DNA of 64,000 bases from positions 98,022,001 to 98,086,000 of the forward strand of contig NC_042997.1 of the NCBI RefSeq assembly GCF_006345805.1, in the 5' to 3' direction. The notes beneath the pieces are model-generated. The model had not been told where the DNA came from. It saw only the letters and a list, made by a program, of their open reading frames with translations, and searched no databases. The translations under genes were made by a program, and so were the position numbers. Position 1 is the first letter of the stretch. The number at the start of each line of letters is the position of its first letter. Shown here in pieces: positions 26,613-42,394 of the stretch. This DNA comes from Octopus sinensis (lineage: Eukaryota).

Positions 26613-27730
26613 GTATACTGTGATAGTTACAGAATATAGAAAGTAATGTAACACCAATGACTATGTAATCCAACCAAAATATCTCAGTTTCAAAAACATA
26701 AACGGAATTATTATTTATCCTTAAAATACATCATACATATTCAAAGAACCTTAATGTACAAATTGAAATGCAAAAGAACAAATAATAAATAGATTTATGA
26801 ATGAAAGTTTGGTAATTGCGTTTATTTCCACCACGCGACACTTATTGCAAACATGTTTAACTAACCTAAACTATACACACGCACAAATACATTCATATAT
26901 ATGTATATATATGCCTCGAGTTGTAGCTGTAATTCTGTGTGAGGCTGAATCTCCATGTGAAGAACGTTAATGTTACTCTTGTCAGTGGAGTACTCAGCCA
27001 GTTGTGAGTTAATTTTATCGTCGTGTGGTAATGAAAAGTGAAATTGACAGCCAATATTTGCTGATTTTTGTATCTAAGAACTTTTCTTTGTATCTACTGT
27101 CTTCTTACTTTCTATCTTTCTCTTTCACTTCCTTTGTGTCCCTCTCTCACCCGTTTTTGATTTAACAATGTGTTTATGTATCTATGTATCAACTTCTCTT
27201 CCGATGTGATAAACATTTAAAAACACAAAACGAACGCCGTCACTACTCACCGGCTCTTTCACACTCTCTCTTTCTCTCTCACCTTTTCTCTCTTTCACTC
27301 TCTTTCTTTCTCTCTTACATCCTCTCTGAAATATTTAAAAGTGCCGTCGCCACTCACTGTCTCTTTTTCACTCTCTCACTTTCTCTCCCTCTTTCTCACT
27401 CTCTCTCTCTTCCTTCCTCTCTGTCTCCTTCTCTCTCGCTTTGTCACTTCTTTGTAGTAAGTGTGACGCACACAACAAGTACGTGCAAAAACAAAAAGTT
27501 AGCGTATTAATATTATTGATAATATATTGTTAATAAAACTGCCGTGAAATACATCCATTCCACGTGTTTTATTATCTGTGTGTTTCTCTCAAAGTAACAG
27601 TATTTGTTTCAAAACATTTTCACACAAAGAATTTTGTCAAATACAAAAACTACATACATATATGCATACAATCTCCAACATTCTCTCTTTCTGACACACA
27701 CGCCCTTGCGCGCATACACAAACACATATA

Positions 27731-28817
27731 CAGTAAAAACAGTCTCCAGTTCTTCTAGTGATGATGGTGGAGGATATAGGCTCCTTACTTATTTTTCTAA
27801 AATGTACCATATATGATCAATAACATTGAGATCTGGGGACTGTGGTGGACAGATAAGATGTTCAACTTCACTAGAATGTTCCTCGTGCCATTCAGTAACA
27901 ACTTTAGCTGTGTGAATTGGAGCATTATCATCCCGAAATATAGCGTTTCCCTCCGGAAACAGTTCCGCATCCATAGGATGAATTTGATCCGATAAAATGC
28001 TTAAGTAGTCTTGAGAATTAATTCTGCTATAAAGAGAAACCATTGGGTCGGCGGATTTCCATGATATAGCTTCCCTCCCGATCACCACAGACCTCCTCCA
28101 TGTTTAACTGTTGGAAAAAGGCAGTCGAGTCAAATGCTTCTTTTGGATGTCTTCACACGTATACTTGGCCGGTGGTCGGAAATAAGGTAAAGGATGACTC
28201 GTCCGACAAAATAGCATTTTCCCACTGCTTTTACTCCTCTCTAAACGCTTTGCAACGTTTGTTTTTGGAAGTAGTGGTTTTCTGATTGCAGTTTTCCCTT
28301 GAAATCCGGCTTTGTACAGCTCCCGGCGAATAATTTTTGAGGAAACTGGGTTCTAAAGGTGATCATTAAGCTCTGCAGTAATTTTGGGAGCTGTACTTTT
28401 TTGATCGTTTCTAACAATTCGCATAAGAGTCAGACGGTCCCCATCTGAAAGTTTTGGTTTTCTTCCGGAGTTTTGTTTCGACGAGGAGGTTTATCCCTCT
28501 TTCTCAGAGGCTGTCATTACTTTCGAGACAGTATTCCTTGATACACCAAGCATGTCGGCTGTTTTCGTTACTCTAGCGCCTGCCATACGAGCACCAACAA
28601 TTTGGCCTTTTTGAAAGTCCGATAGATCTGTCATTTTAATGAATCTTATTTACCTTTATCTGATGACATCTGAAAAGAAACATCAATTTTAGCAAAACAT
28701 ATTAAGGAACGCTTATAATGAACCAAAAACATAAATAAACAATCTATTGACGGTTTTATAGATATTTCAAAATTATGATGTTATGATGCTAGTTGTTTCC
28801 ATTATTTTGTCCAACCC

Positions 28818-28820
<3 letters not shown>
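27731..28820 (-). mobile_element. Tc1-like DNA transposon, 3'-truncated, decayed transposase
   Basis: Terminal repeat CAGGGGTTGGACAAAATAATGGAAACA abuts a TA tract at 28820. ATG at 28634 gives MTDLSDFQKGQIVGARMAG. Motifs SDES, FRDDNAPIH and PPQSPDLNVIDHIW are present. In-frame stops and frameshifts. Confidence 0.92.
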
Positions 28821-28862
<42 letters not shown>

Positions 28863-29351
28863 TGCACACTCATATATTGGGTTATATATCTTGTATTTGT
28901 TCAACTAGTCTCTCTCTGACACATGTTTGTATGTATTTATGCACCTCTGACCTGCCATGTAAATAGACGTCTTATATTCGGTATTTTGCTGATTTTTTTT
29001 CTCTGTCTCTTGCCTCTCAATTCTTTTCTTCCCTTTGTCAAAGAGTATCAACTGAAACGTTAAATTCTTTTCTTTTTCTCGCCTTGGCTTATTTATATTT
29101 ATTCTACACACCTTTGATTGTTGTCTCTGCTTTATATTTCTACTCTTTTTCATATACGAGCTTTCACTTGTCTGATTGTACGTATCATTTCTTTGTTTAC
29201 CTTACTTGTGTTATATATATACAAAATTTGCCTATACATGTATACATTCACACAGACACACACATATATATATATACATACATACGTACATACGGACACA
29301 CATACACACATATTTACACACACACACACACACACACATATATGTATGTGT

Positions 29352-29400
<49 letters not shown>

Positions 29401-29979
29401 ATATAGATAGAGATTCAGGGGGAGAGAGAAGTAAGAGAGAGAGTGAGTAGGAGATAGAGACAAATGAGAGGAACAAACGAATATACGTAGTAAGGTTTGT
29501 GGATTGGTGAACATTTGTGTAGAATTTATTGATTTATTGGATATCCATTTGTCGTCCGAACGACCGCATAGGAGCGAGAAACTCGGAGCTTCGAATAAAC
29601 GAATATGTCGCAAAGAGATTTTCTTAGCCTCTAGGCCAGAATATATCTTAGTAGGGAAATGAGATTAAAAGATATTCATACACCTTTGAAGTGGATTCAT
29701 GACATGAATGGGGAAGGCAGAAGCTGCTTAGGTACTTAATTTCCATCAGGTTTTTTTGTTTTTATATTTTATGTTACTATGTTTTAGCATTTTTTGTAAA
29801 TTTATTTTTTCATTTCATTCAGTCTCTTTCCTGTTTTGTTATTGCAATCTTCCATTCGTTTCATTCGTTCAAATGTCTTTCCCATCTCTACTCCATTTAT
29901 TTCCATTTTTCTTTTATAAATATTTATTTTCTCTCTTATTCATCGAGTGTCTCTTTCATTCCATATTTGTCACTCAGCC

Positions 29980-31180
<1,201 letters not shown>

Positions 31181-33333
31181 CTAATCTTCATACGGGCACC
31201 CATCTCGGTTGTTGAACTCATGAGTTGACGACCCATTTAGAAGTTCATTAGTTTCTTCTCCTCCTGGATTCCGTGTCTTTGAATAGATGTGAGTGGATCA
31301 TTTAAACAGCAGCAACAACAAAACAGCAGCAAATATAACTACAACAGTAATAACAATGATATCAATAAGGAGTATGTCGACGGCGATGAAAACGGCGACA
31401 AGGAAGTTGATGATGACGCCGACATTGACAGGGGCAACAGCAATAAGAAAACAGCAACCATGACAACGATGACGACGAAGACAAAACGATAACAGCGACG
31501 ATAGCATTGTCAGCAGTGAATATGACAACGATGATAAGATCTGATCATATGATACCATTCTTCAGCTCTTTATTTTGTTAAGTTATAACAGCCACTACCA
31601 CGCTGGAGTATCGCCGTCAGATTTGAATGTCCTATGTATTTTGCGTATATCCAAGGTCGAATGCATGTATTAGATTCCCCGGTTTTTTCTTTCTTATTCA
31701 AGAGGGAAGACTACCATAATACCCGTGATCCATTATAGGCCCTCCAAGATTGGCAGGAAGAAGAACATGAAACCTGGCCCGAATGTTTGCAAAAAAGTTA
31801 GCTCCGCTAAAGTCATCCAATGTGGAGTTTACGGAGATCATTTTCTTGTAAAACTCTGACCTTTAAAGACGAGATTTTACAAGAAAAGGAAGTGGGTAAA
31901 TATTTAGAATTGTATTGTGGGATATGTCTGTATAGACGTGATAGTCACGGTTACAATGTCTTAAATCATTGGTCTGCTCAACCAGAGTTTAGCTCGCACT
32001 AAACAATAACGTATGCAACAAGAGCAACGATAATGATATCGGAAACAAGAGAACTGCAGCTAAAAATAACAATGTATAAATAACCAATTCAGTCTTTATG
32101 AATTCAATTACTCCTTTAACTACTAGGGATTTCTGTTTCCCTGCGTGTTCACTCGACCTGCTAGGAATCTCATTTAGATCATACTATATTATCTTAACCC
32201 TTTAGCATTTAAACCAGCCGTAACAGGCCCATTTAAATCAGTCGTAACATGGCGAGATCCAGCTTCTCACACCTAACCTACAATATCATCCTAGACATAA
32301 ACAGACATACTATCCTCAAAGCTGCAAGATAATGCATGATTAATTCAAAATGATGTGAATAAATAAGCGTTTCATTTGACAGAGTAATGGAAGCGATTTG
32401 AATGCATCATATTTTAGGTTTATCCAAGCAGGGCACACTTAGGTGAAACAACTACAACAACGCTATTTGTCAACAACTACATCAACGCTATTTGTCGCGC
32501 CTGCAGCTTGAAGTAGCAGCCAGATGTCCCTTAAATCACAGCTATACTATCTTTAAAAAAAGTGTTCATTGGACAGAATAGTGCTCGATATGCAGAAAAA
32601 AGGTTTGTCACAGCTACAATGCTTTTGGTCATAGGTTTGTTGGATCTTGACAAATCTGGGACTAGCAATATAATCCTACAAGCTACCTTTCTTATTTTGT
32701 CCAGACAAACTCAGACACACACAAGAGGGCACAAGATGGCAGAAGAGGGGAAAATATTGTGTAGAAAGAAATAGTGTACGTGTGGAAATGGTAGCAGGAG
32801 GAATAATGATGGAAAGGAAGTATGTGAGGATAAGTAGTTTCTAGCAAAGAAGAGTGAACGTGTGGATAGCTAATGTTAGACGTTAATGTGCCGAAGAAAA
32901 TAAGCATAGGAGAGCTTTGTAATATGTACATATTTAGATATGTATTTGCTAGAGCGGAGAATTTCTCCATGTAAATGTATGTGTGTGTGTGTGTAAAGTG
33001 AGACGTTCAATGTGTGCGCGGTGTGAGATTGCGCGTGTATATGTAAGAGTGGAAAGTGTGAAGAAGAAAAGAATAGCTTGAGGTATTGATATTAGTTGAA
33101 AAGTTAATGACTTAATACTGCAATTGCGTGTTTGATAATGACATATAAGTCTGGTGTACTACTGACATAAAAATAAGGGACAGCATGTTGATGAAGGTGT
33201 TAATGATATAATGGGAAAGAACGAGTTAGTGTTCTGTGTAATTAAGACATCTTCATTATGTATGATTAAGGGTCAGATGGGCTGGAAAAGGGACGGTATG
33301 AAGTGCATGTATAGATATATATCAGGGCATGAA

Positions 33334-33367
<34 letters not shown>

Positions 33368-34048
33368 TGTGTGTGTGTGCGTGTGTGTGCAGAAAATTAG
33401 AATGTCATCATCAAGTGTTGTCTGTTCATGACGGAACTAGAATCGAGGAAACGTAGTTCTGTGTATAATCGTTTGAAACCATTGAAACTCTCTGCCCAGT
33501 CACATTATTCCTGCAGAAGTTGATTTACAGATTTCTTAACTGAACATCAACCAAATTAATACTGCTAGTCTTGGATAGCCTGTGAAGTCCACGAAGACAT
33601 AAAAACAACACATATTCTTGTTCAGCCATCCATCAATCCATACATATATAAGGCGGTAGATCGGTGGTATCGTTGGAGAATCTGTCAGAAAGCTTTTGCG
33701 GGTATTCGTTTTAACCCTCAAAACATTCAGTTCAAATCCCGCCGCGGTCAACTTTGCCTTTCATCATTTCGGGTTTGATAAAGTACTGGAGACGATTTTG
33801 CTGTCTCTCCCCTCCCTCTTTTTCTCTCTCGAATATACATATGCACACGCACACACACACACACACACACGCGCGCACACACATACGTAGAAGCACTTTC
33901 TCTCTGGGAAAAAATGACTTTGTTCAAAACTAGAGATTGACTCCACTGATTATAAAAGACGGCCAGGATTCGCTTTACGTTATGCCACAACCATATAACT
34001 CCATCAGAAAGGAAGTCTCTTGCCATCCACTGTCTATCTGCCTTTCTA

Positions 34049-34121
<73 letters not shown>

Positions 34122-34288
34122 ATCTATCTATCTATCTATCCATCTATCCATCTATCTACTTTTATACACATATATACATATGTATATAATACAATTTACT
34201 GAACCTTCAGAATTTTAATATACTAGACCACTGGTGTTAAATTGATGTTAATTAAATTAATATCCAATTTCTCACCTTCAGTTTAAAT

Positions 34289-34380
<92 letters not shown>

Positions 34381-34962
34381 TCTGTCAGCTAGGCATCTAT
34401 TTGCTTATCCATCTATCTTCCAGACCCAGTAAGAGAGCTTTTACGTCGGTGATCAATACACTAGAAATAAAACTCCCTCAACTCGCAGCCTATAGTGTTG
34501 GGGAAAAGAAAGCTCTTTGGATGATGTAATCCTAAACGCACCAATAAAACAGCCTGGAATTGTTTAGATTAATTTGTCGCATGATATCGGGCTCAGCGAT
34601 AGATGTACCACAACTATAAACACACTGTCACGAGTATGCAATATACCCTTCTTTAGGGCCCAATATTTAACTACATCCTATCCAGAAAAAAGATTTATTT
34701 CGCAATCGATTTTAGCAATGGACACCGGAGACAGACATGAGTATCATGAATCCTTACGATTTAAAAAAAAAATTAGCTTCATCTTTCTAATTCTCCCTCA
34801 CCCCTTTTCTCATCCTCTCTCTCTCTCTCTCTCTCTCTCTTAGATCTTTCTTTCTCCGTGTCACTTCTAATTACCTCTCTCTCTCTCTGTTCCAGTCTCT
34901 GTGTATCTTTTCTGTTTGTCTGTCTCTCGCTCTCTTTCTCTGTCTCTCACTACCCTCTCTTA

Positions 34963-34996
<34 letters not shown>

Positions 34997-35623
34997 TACA
35001 CACATATTCTCTCTCGCTTCTTTCTCTATTTCTCACTTTTCTTTCTCAGTTACTCTGTCTTTCACCACTTCTTTCTGTTTCCTTCTTTGTGTTGCAATCT
35101 CACCCATTTGTTGGCAATCCTCTATATCGTCTCTATCTCTCTCTCCCTCTCTCTCTCTCTCTTTCTCTCACACTATTCCTCTCCCTCCCCTCTCTCCTAC
35201 AGACACACATACACAGAATCTGTAGCTTTGTACTTCTGTCTCTCCGTTTCTCTCTGCGCGCGCGTGTGTATGTCTGCCTAATTTGTCCGTCCTTTTTGTT
35301 TCTCTCTCAACTGTTCTCCCTTTCTGTCTGTCTCTCTCTCTCTGTCTCTCAGCATATCTATTTATCTCTATCACCATCTCCACCTATATATATATATCCA
35401 CCCTTCTCTCTTTGTATTCATCATTCACTATTCGTCTTTGATTCCAACACCACCCTCCGTTTCTTCTCTTGCTGTTTCGCTCTTCTATTTCTCTCAATAT
35501 CCATTATACTCTCTTTTATTCTTCCTTTCTCTCCTCCCTCTGCTATTCCACATTTTTCATCTTGTATTTTGCATATCAATTACATTCTGTCCATGGCCTC
35601 TGCCCTCAATGTAATATGAAATC

Positions 35624-36020
35624 AAGGCGGCGAGCTGGCAGAAACGTTATCACGCCGGGCGAAATGCTTAGCTGTATTTCGTCTGCCGCTACGTTCTGAG
35701 TTCAAATTCCGCCGAGGTCGACTTTGCTTTCATCCTTTCAGTGTCGATTAAATAAGTACCAGTTACGCACTGGGGTCGATATAATCGACTTAATCGGTTT
35801 GTCTGTCCTTGTTTCTCCTCTTTGTGTTTAGTCCCTTGTGGGTAGTAACGAAATAGGTATTTTGTCTGTCGCTACGTTCTGAGTTCAAATTCCGCCGATG
35901 TCGACTTTACCTTTCATCTTTTCGGGGTCGAAAGATTAAGTATCAGTTGCGTACTGGAGTCGATCTAATCAACTGCCCCTACCCCCAAATTTCGGGCCTT
36001 GTGCCTTGAGTAGAAAAGGA
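35624..36020 (+). mobile_element. SINE family B dimer: young linker-tail monomer fused to a headless second body
   Basis: Head-body-linker runs 35624-35859. The second body starts right after ...aaataggta at 35860. Confidence 0.85.
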
Positions 36021-36285
36021 TATAGTATGAAATCGATGTGTAGTTCTGCACCGATATCATGCTATCGATGGAGGGTTCAAACCACGCATCTATGACTTGC
36101 AGGGTGATGCCTACCCCATCACACAACTGTAAAATACTTTTCAGTATCTGACTCTCTGTCTTTTTTACTCGGTATATCGTTTCTGCCTGTCTGTCTGTCA
36201 ATCTCTTACACACTCTTGTTTCTCTGTTACACTCTCTCGCTTGTTATCTCTATTCTCCTCTGTATGTTCTCCTCTTTCTTTCTCT

Positions 36286-36344
<59 letters not shown>

Positions 36345-37240
36345 TACCTATTTCTTTGTCGCATCATTTCGTCGTCTCTTTGTCTTTCTCCCTCTATCTA
36401 TCCACCCTTCTTCTTTTGCTCAACTGCTTTCTCTTTCTTCCTTTCTTTTATTTCCATTCTCCCATTCATTCTCCATTCCTTTCATTTTATTTCCTTCTTT
36501 CTTTATTCTGTGCCCCTCGACACTTTATGAAATTTCCTTTCTTCTGTATTTTTCATTAACTCAATTCTTTTAATAAGTCATTCTTGAATTTATTCATCGA
36601 TTCTGTCATTCTATCAATCGTATTTTTCTTTCTTCCTTCCTTTCCCTCTTCCTCTCTTTTCTTCCTTCTTTATTAAATTCAACTCTACACCATATTTTGA
36701 AATCTCTTTTCTTCCAATATTCATTCATTCGTTCATTCTTCTATTCGTTCATTCGTTCGTTCTTTTATCACGTTCCCCTTTACACTATATTCTGAAATGC
36801 GCTACTCTTACATAGCCATTACTACACAAACAACATACCTCCTACCTCTGTCATTTTGAATATTCAACACCCATTCCCATATTATCTTTTATATAAATGT
36901 ATTCCTCCTACGCATTCGTGTTCAACATTTTCTTTGTTTAATCCTTTATCATGCTGGTTATGGCACACCAGCCCTTATTATGCAGTATTATTAAAAGCCA
37001 ACAAGAGGGCTTGTATGTAATAGCTTCGGCTACTAGAGATGTAATAGCCGAATCTCTTACAGTTATTAATAAGAAAAAGAGACATTTTGATGATGCAGTC
37101 TTAGATAGACATATAAAAAAGGTCGATGTGGTCATGGCTAATACGCCTTTGATCATGAATGTGCGCAATCAAGGCTGAACTGGTACTAAACGACAATATT
37201 ACTATTGTTTTATCTATTATTAATATTATATGTCAATAAT

Positions 37241-37642
37241 AATCCTTTATAATATAGGCACAAGGCCTGGAATTTGAAGAGAAGGCGGATAGTCGATTTA
37301 CATTAACTCCAGTACTTAACTGGTACTTATTTTATCGACACCGAATGGGTGAAAGGCAAAGCTGAACTCGGCGGAAGTTGAACTCAGACCGTAAGGACGG
37401 ACTAAATACCTATTTCTTTATTACCCACAAGGGGCTAAACATAGAGGGGACAATCAAGGACAGACATAGGTATTAAGTCGATTACATCGACCCCAGTGCG
37501 TAACTGCTACTTAATTTATCGACCCCGAAAGGATGAAAGGCAAAGTCGTCCTCGGCGGAATTTGAACTCAGAACGTAGCAGCAGACGAAATACCACTAAG
37601 CATTTCGCCCGGCGTGCTAACGTTTCTGCCAGCTCGCCACCG
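37241..37642 (-). mobile_element. SINE family B dimer, same junction as 35624
   Basis: Head-body-linker runs 37642-37407. The diverged second body runs 37406-37241. Confidence 0.85.
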
Positions 37643-37689
37643 CTAACCAATTTGTCCAACCTGCTAACGAATCTTCCAGACTAATAATG

Positions 37690-37722
<33 letters not shown>

Positions 37723-37747
37723 TAATAATAATAATAATAATAATAAT

Positions 37748-37950
37748 GGTTTCAAATTTTCCCACAAGGGCAGCCATTTTAAGGGGGGAGATGAGTCGAT
37801 GATATCGATCCCAGTGTTTCACTGGTACTTATTTTGTCGAACCTGAAAGGATAAAAAGCAAAGTCGACCTCGGCGGAATTTGAACCCAGAACGTAAAGAC
37901 GGCCGAAATACCGGCAAGCATTTCGCCCGGCTTGCGAACGATTCTGCCAG
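37748..37950 (-). mobile_element. SINE family B monomer
   Basis: Head, B-box and central domain on the minus strand. Confidence 0.8.
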
Positions 37951-38754
37951 CAAACTGGCTTAATGATGATGATGATGTTGATAATAATAATGATTTCTTT
38001 ATTTGCCACCAGGGCGAAGGATGAGGGGAATAATACAGACATAAAGTGTAGGTGTTTACACATATATATATATGTATATATACATATATATAGACACACA
38101 TACATACATACATACATACATACATACATACATACATACATACATACATACATACATACATACATACTGAGTAGTACTATCTTCTATAAGCTGCAGATGC
38201 GTATGTAAATCCTTGTAGTTTTGGCTTATCATTTTTTACTTGCATCTTCTACATATTTTACAATATTTTTACATATTTTCGTTTCATTATCGTCCAGAAA
38301 CCTAATACGACAAACACCCATTCTTTTTCGATGAAGGCCTCATCAACTCCCCCTCACAAAAACGGAATATATGGATGGACAATTAGGTACCACTACCAAA
38401 CCATCAGACATGTGCGCAACTAACGACATTTGTATGTATAATCAGCGATTTAATTTTGCCGAGTAGGTGCAACGAAAAGAAAGTTGAGGTGCTCGGAGTT
38501 GAACCTGGCTAGATTTCTGGGTCCGCTTGATTTTGCTTTCATCTTCCCACTACTTGTGTAGATAGCATTGCTTGTTTGGCTTCCTACTGTTTCTTTTTTT
38601 AATTTTTAATTGATATTTACTCACGAGCATAATTTGTCTTTTATAGTTCAAAAAATATTTTTCTCATAAATATAGGTAATATTTATCTCTTGCGTGGTGT
38701 TCTCAGCGTTTATATGGTGTTTGTTGTGTATAAGGATGAATATATATGTATATA

Positions 38755-38795
<41 letters not shown>

Positions 38796-38858
38796 TATAT
38801 TATATATATATATATATATGTGTGTGTATGTATATATATATATATATATATGTATAAG

Positions 38859-38914
<56 letters not shown>

Positions 38915-39267
38915 AACATATACACACACACATATATATATAGACATGCATATAAATATATATATATATGAATATATACATACATAAAAGAATTTGTAGA
39001 TATAGTGTCGAAGCTTGACTTTAGATGTAATATCTAAATCAAATTAAACAAGTAAAGAAAAAACAAACAAAGCAACAACCAAAAATCAAACAAACAAAAA
39101 CAAAATGAAAAATATATACTTATATGAAGAATTTCAAATATACTCAGAATTCTAAATATATACACCTACACTATTTTATCTATTACGTATTATCTATATC
39201 TTTTCTATAATGACAGTATCCTGAGTTATTTTGCTTCTTATTTTTTAAAAGTGACAAACAGTTTTAC

Positions 39268-39298
<31 letters not shown>

Positions 39299-39567
39299 CG
39301 TGTGTGTTGGGGTGTCTCTGTTTTTGTATGTGTGAGTGTGCGCGTGGCAGTGTGTAATAATATATATATATATATATGCGTAAATATTGAACAATGAAAA
39401 TGAGTGCTCAACACCGCATTAATACATAAAGTGTGTGTGTGTGTGTGTGTCTATATATATGTGTGTGTGTACGTGTGTGTGTGTGTGTGAGTGTGTGTGT
39501 GCGTGATATGAAGTTCAACAAGTAGTATAGCAGTCTGTCAGTTAAAAGAATTAGGATGTTTTATACA

Positions 39568-40862
39568 CGAGGGGTTTTTATTAAAGATTTCTCCGACCTA
39601 CTTCCCAAAGACTGGGATAAGCGAAACTTGGCACAATTATTAGTCCCTCTTTGCATAGCCACCACCAATAGTGACATATTTCTCCCATCGCTTTATGCGG
39701 CTGTGAAGACCTCGTCTGTAGAAGTAGGCAGGCTGCATCTGGACTCAATACTTTACCTCGGAATTAAGCTCATTATCATCCGAAAAGTGCTTCCCCTTCA
39801 AAAATGACTTCAGGTTTGGAAAGAGGTAGAAGTCAGACGGTGAGAGGTCGGGAGAATAAGGGGAATGAGGAAGGATTTCATAGCTACAAGGGTGTGCTTT
39901 CATCTGGGCAACATGCGCATTGTGAACTGGGGCGTTGTCTTGGAGGAGGTTGACTCCTTTGGCGAGGTTGCCACGCCTCTCTACTTTGATGGCGTCCCAC
40001 AATTTCTGTAACAGAGAGGCATAATATACCCCGTTAATTGAGGTGCCCTTTGCCAGAAAATCCATCATCACTACTCCGCACTGGTCTCAGAAGACTGTGA
40101 GCGTCACCTTGCCTACTTGAGGTCTGGAGACGAGAATTCTTTGGAGGTGGTGAGTTATCATACTTCCATTGCTTCGACCGGACTTTAGTCTCAGTCTCAT
40201 TGTGATGGAACCATGTGTTATCGTGTGCGATAAGTCTGCATAAAAAGTCCTCCTCCTTTTCTCGGCACATTGCCAAAAGAGCCTGGGAGCAATTGACTCA
40301 TTCCTGCTTCTGAAAAGGCGTGAGTCCCCGAGGAATCCCTCCTGCAGATAACATCCGAATGTGCAAATATTCGTGAATGATTTTTCCCATGGATCCTACA
40401 CTTATCTTCACTTCTTGGGATGCTTGCCGAATAGTTATGCGGTGATCTTTCAAAATAGCGGCTTCCACTTTATAGATGGAGTCGTCATCAATGGCGGATT
40501 GTGGCCGTCCAGGAATAGGAGTAGTTTCCACCGATGTCCGAACATATTTGAACTGGCGATGCCAGCGCTAAGACTACATCGCATGATGGTGCATCATCCC
40601 CATCAGCTTCTTTCATCTCATCGAAAGTCTCTTTTGGTGTACGGCCTTTCAAGTATAGGAACCTGATCACTGACCTTTATTCAACTGCCTCAATTACAAC
40701 ATCTTAGTCCACTTTAGCAGCCGTTAACGACAATCGAATACTAGTGGAAAATTGTAATTTACAATGTGACATGTAGAGACATGTATAATTATACCAATAC
40801 AAGTTCTGTTTCCTGCAATAACCGGAAGTGGGTCAGGAGAAATCCTTAAGGAACACCTCTCA
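39568..40862 (-). mobile_element. Full-length (~1.3 kb) decayed mariner transposon, DD34D
   Basis: Imperfect ~38-bp terminal inverted repeats (cgaggggtttttattaaagatttctcc / reverse complement tgagaggtgttccttaaggatttctcc), with CA and TA flanks. Peptides IRFLYLKG, IAHDNTWFHH, QDNAPVH and YSPDLSPSDFYLF. There are 34 residues between the second and third D. Confidence 0.93.
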
Positions 40863-40879
40863 TATGAATGTTTGTGTGC

Positions 40880-40934
<55 letters not shown>

Positions 40935-40943
40935 CGTGTGTGT

Positions 40944-41224
40944 ATATTGTTGTATTTCGGGATGGTCACTTTTCTTTTTGCCAAATACACACACGTACTA
41001 CATATTTTTCTTCACTCGTTTATTACTGTTCTAATTTTATTATTTGAACTCATGTCCATTGTCCTGAAAACTTTCGTCACACATCTGTGACCTCTTCAGC
41101 GATAGTTTTCGTTTTCGTGTGTGTTCTTGCTCCACTTACTCCGAGTGAAGAAAAATATATAGTGCGTGTGTTTATTTGACAAAATAAAGAAGAAAGAAAA
41201 AATTACCATCCCGAAAATACAATA
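40944..41224 (-). mobile_element. Fold-back element (~75-bp arms) with a hammerhead core in the loop
   Basis: 40944-41018 pairs with 41142-41224. Minus-strand CTGAAGA-g-gtcac-agatgt-gtgac-GAAA lies at 41099-41072. Stem I is not clearly formed. Confidence 0.7.
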
Positions 41225-41324
41225 TCTGTTTCAATACACGATTTTACACAAGGAATTTTGCAAAACGAATTAATAAACGCATGCGTGTGTGTGTGTGTGT
41301 GTGTGTGTGTATCCTCTTTTAGTC

Positions 41325-41535
41325 TTTCATTCGTTTCAGTTATTCGACTGCAATCACGCAGAAGTACTGTGCCTTGTAGAGTTAGTCGAAAAATTCGCGT
41401 TCGCTATTCATTTATTTATTAAGCCTGGTACTTATTTTATGGACTTTTTTCTTGATCAGCCATAGTAGAAGACACTTGCCCAAGGTGTTGCATAGTGAAA
41501 TTGAAGCCCAAGCCACATGGTTGGAAAGCGCACTT
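41325..41535 (-). mobile_element. SINE family A, internally deleted or diverged
   Basis: gacacttgcccaaggtg and tail motifs on the minus strand. Confidence 0.65.
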
Positions 41536-42394
41536 TTTAAACCAGCACCAGCACCGGTGCTGACATCACCAGCGTCATCGGCATTGTCATCGTCATCATC
41601 GTTGTTTTCATCGTCGTCATCATCATCATCATCATCATCACCAACACCCAAAATCAACCATTGCAGTTTGTTGTTCAGTTTCCATCTCAGTGAATAAGCT
41701 TGCAAATTTGCTCTAAGCATTGTGTTCCAGAATCTCAGAACACTGGTGTTGGATTGAAAGCCTTTACCCTTTGCCATGTACCCTTTTCAACATCAGAATT
41801 ACTATATATCCCTGGTTCATTCTCTTGCATATACTGATACACAAAATTTCCTATAACTCTCTTCTTTTACAAACTTGGAACCTTCTCACAGAAAACGACT
41901 TAAGAAGAAGCCGTAGCTTTTTACAGATATTGTGACGGCAACCTGTCTGGGAGTCCAGCATCTGCGAAAATAAAGCAACCAGTACAGGGTTTGTGAGAAA
42001 TCGTTATTATTGATGTGAAAAATCGTTATTATTCCTGGGTCCATAGATTATAATTATTACGTCGAAATTTCAGTAAATCGTGTTAGATTGAATATAAAAT
42101 CGATTCTGTTGAACACCTATCAATCTGTGTGCCAGCCTGTCTGTTTGCAAGAATATCTCCATGCCTGTCTGTCTGTCTGTCTGTCGGTTTGTTTGTTTGA
42201 CTAGTAATCCATTCATCTGTCCATTTAACTAGCCAATGCGTTTTTCAATATGTGTAACGTCTCTATGTGTACTATTGCGTCTGTATGCTGTAGTCCTTCT
42301 CGTTGTGGCTCGGCACCAAAGCAGATCAGATCTGGTCGATAAAAGCTGTGATCCAAAATGTTGAGCAATGATCACTTAGCATTTTTTGTCTTAA

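Noticed and set aside
29480-29660. CpG-containing stretch with an open minus-strand frame (IYSGLEAKKISLRHIRLFEAP...)
   Set aside because: The donor site is weak and the peptide is unrecognised, so there is too little support.
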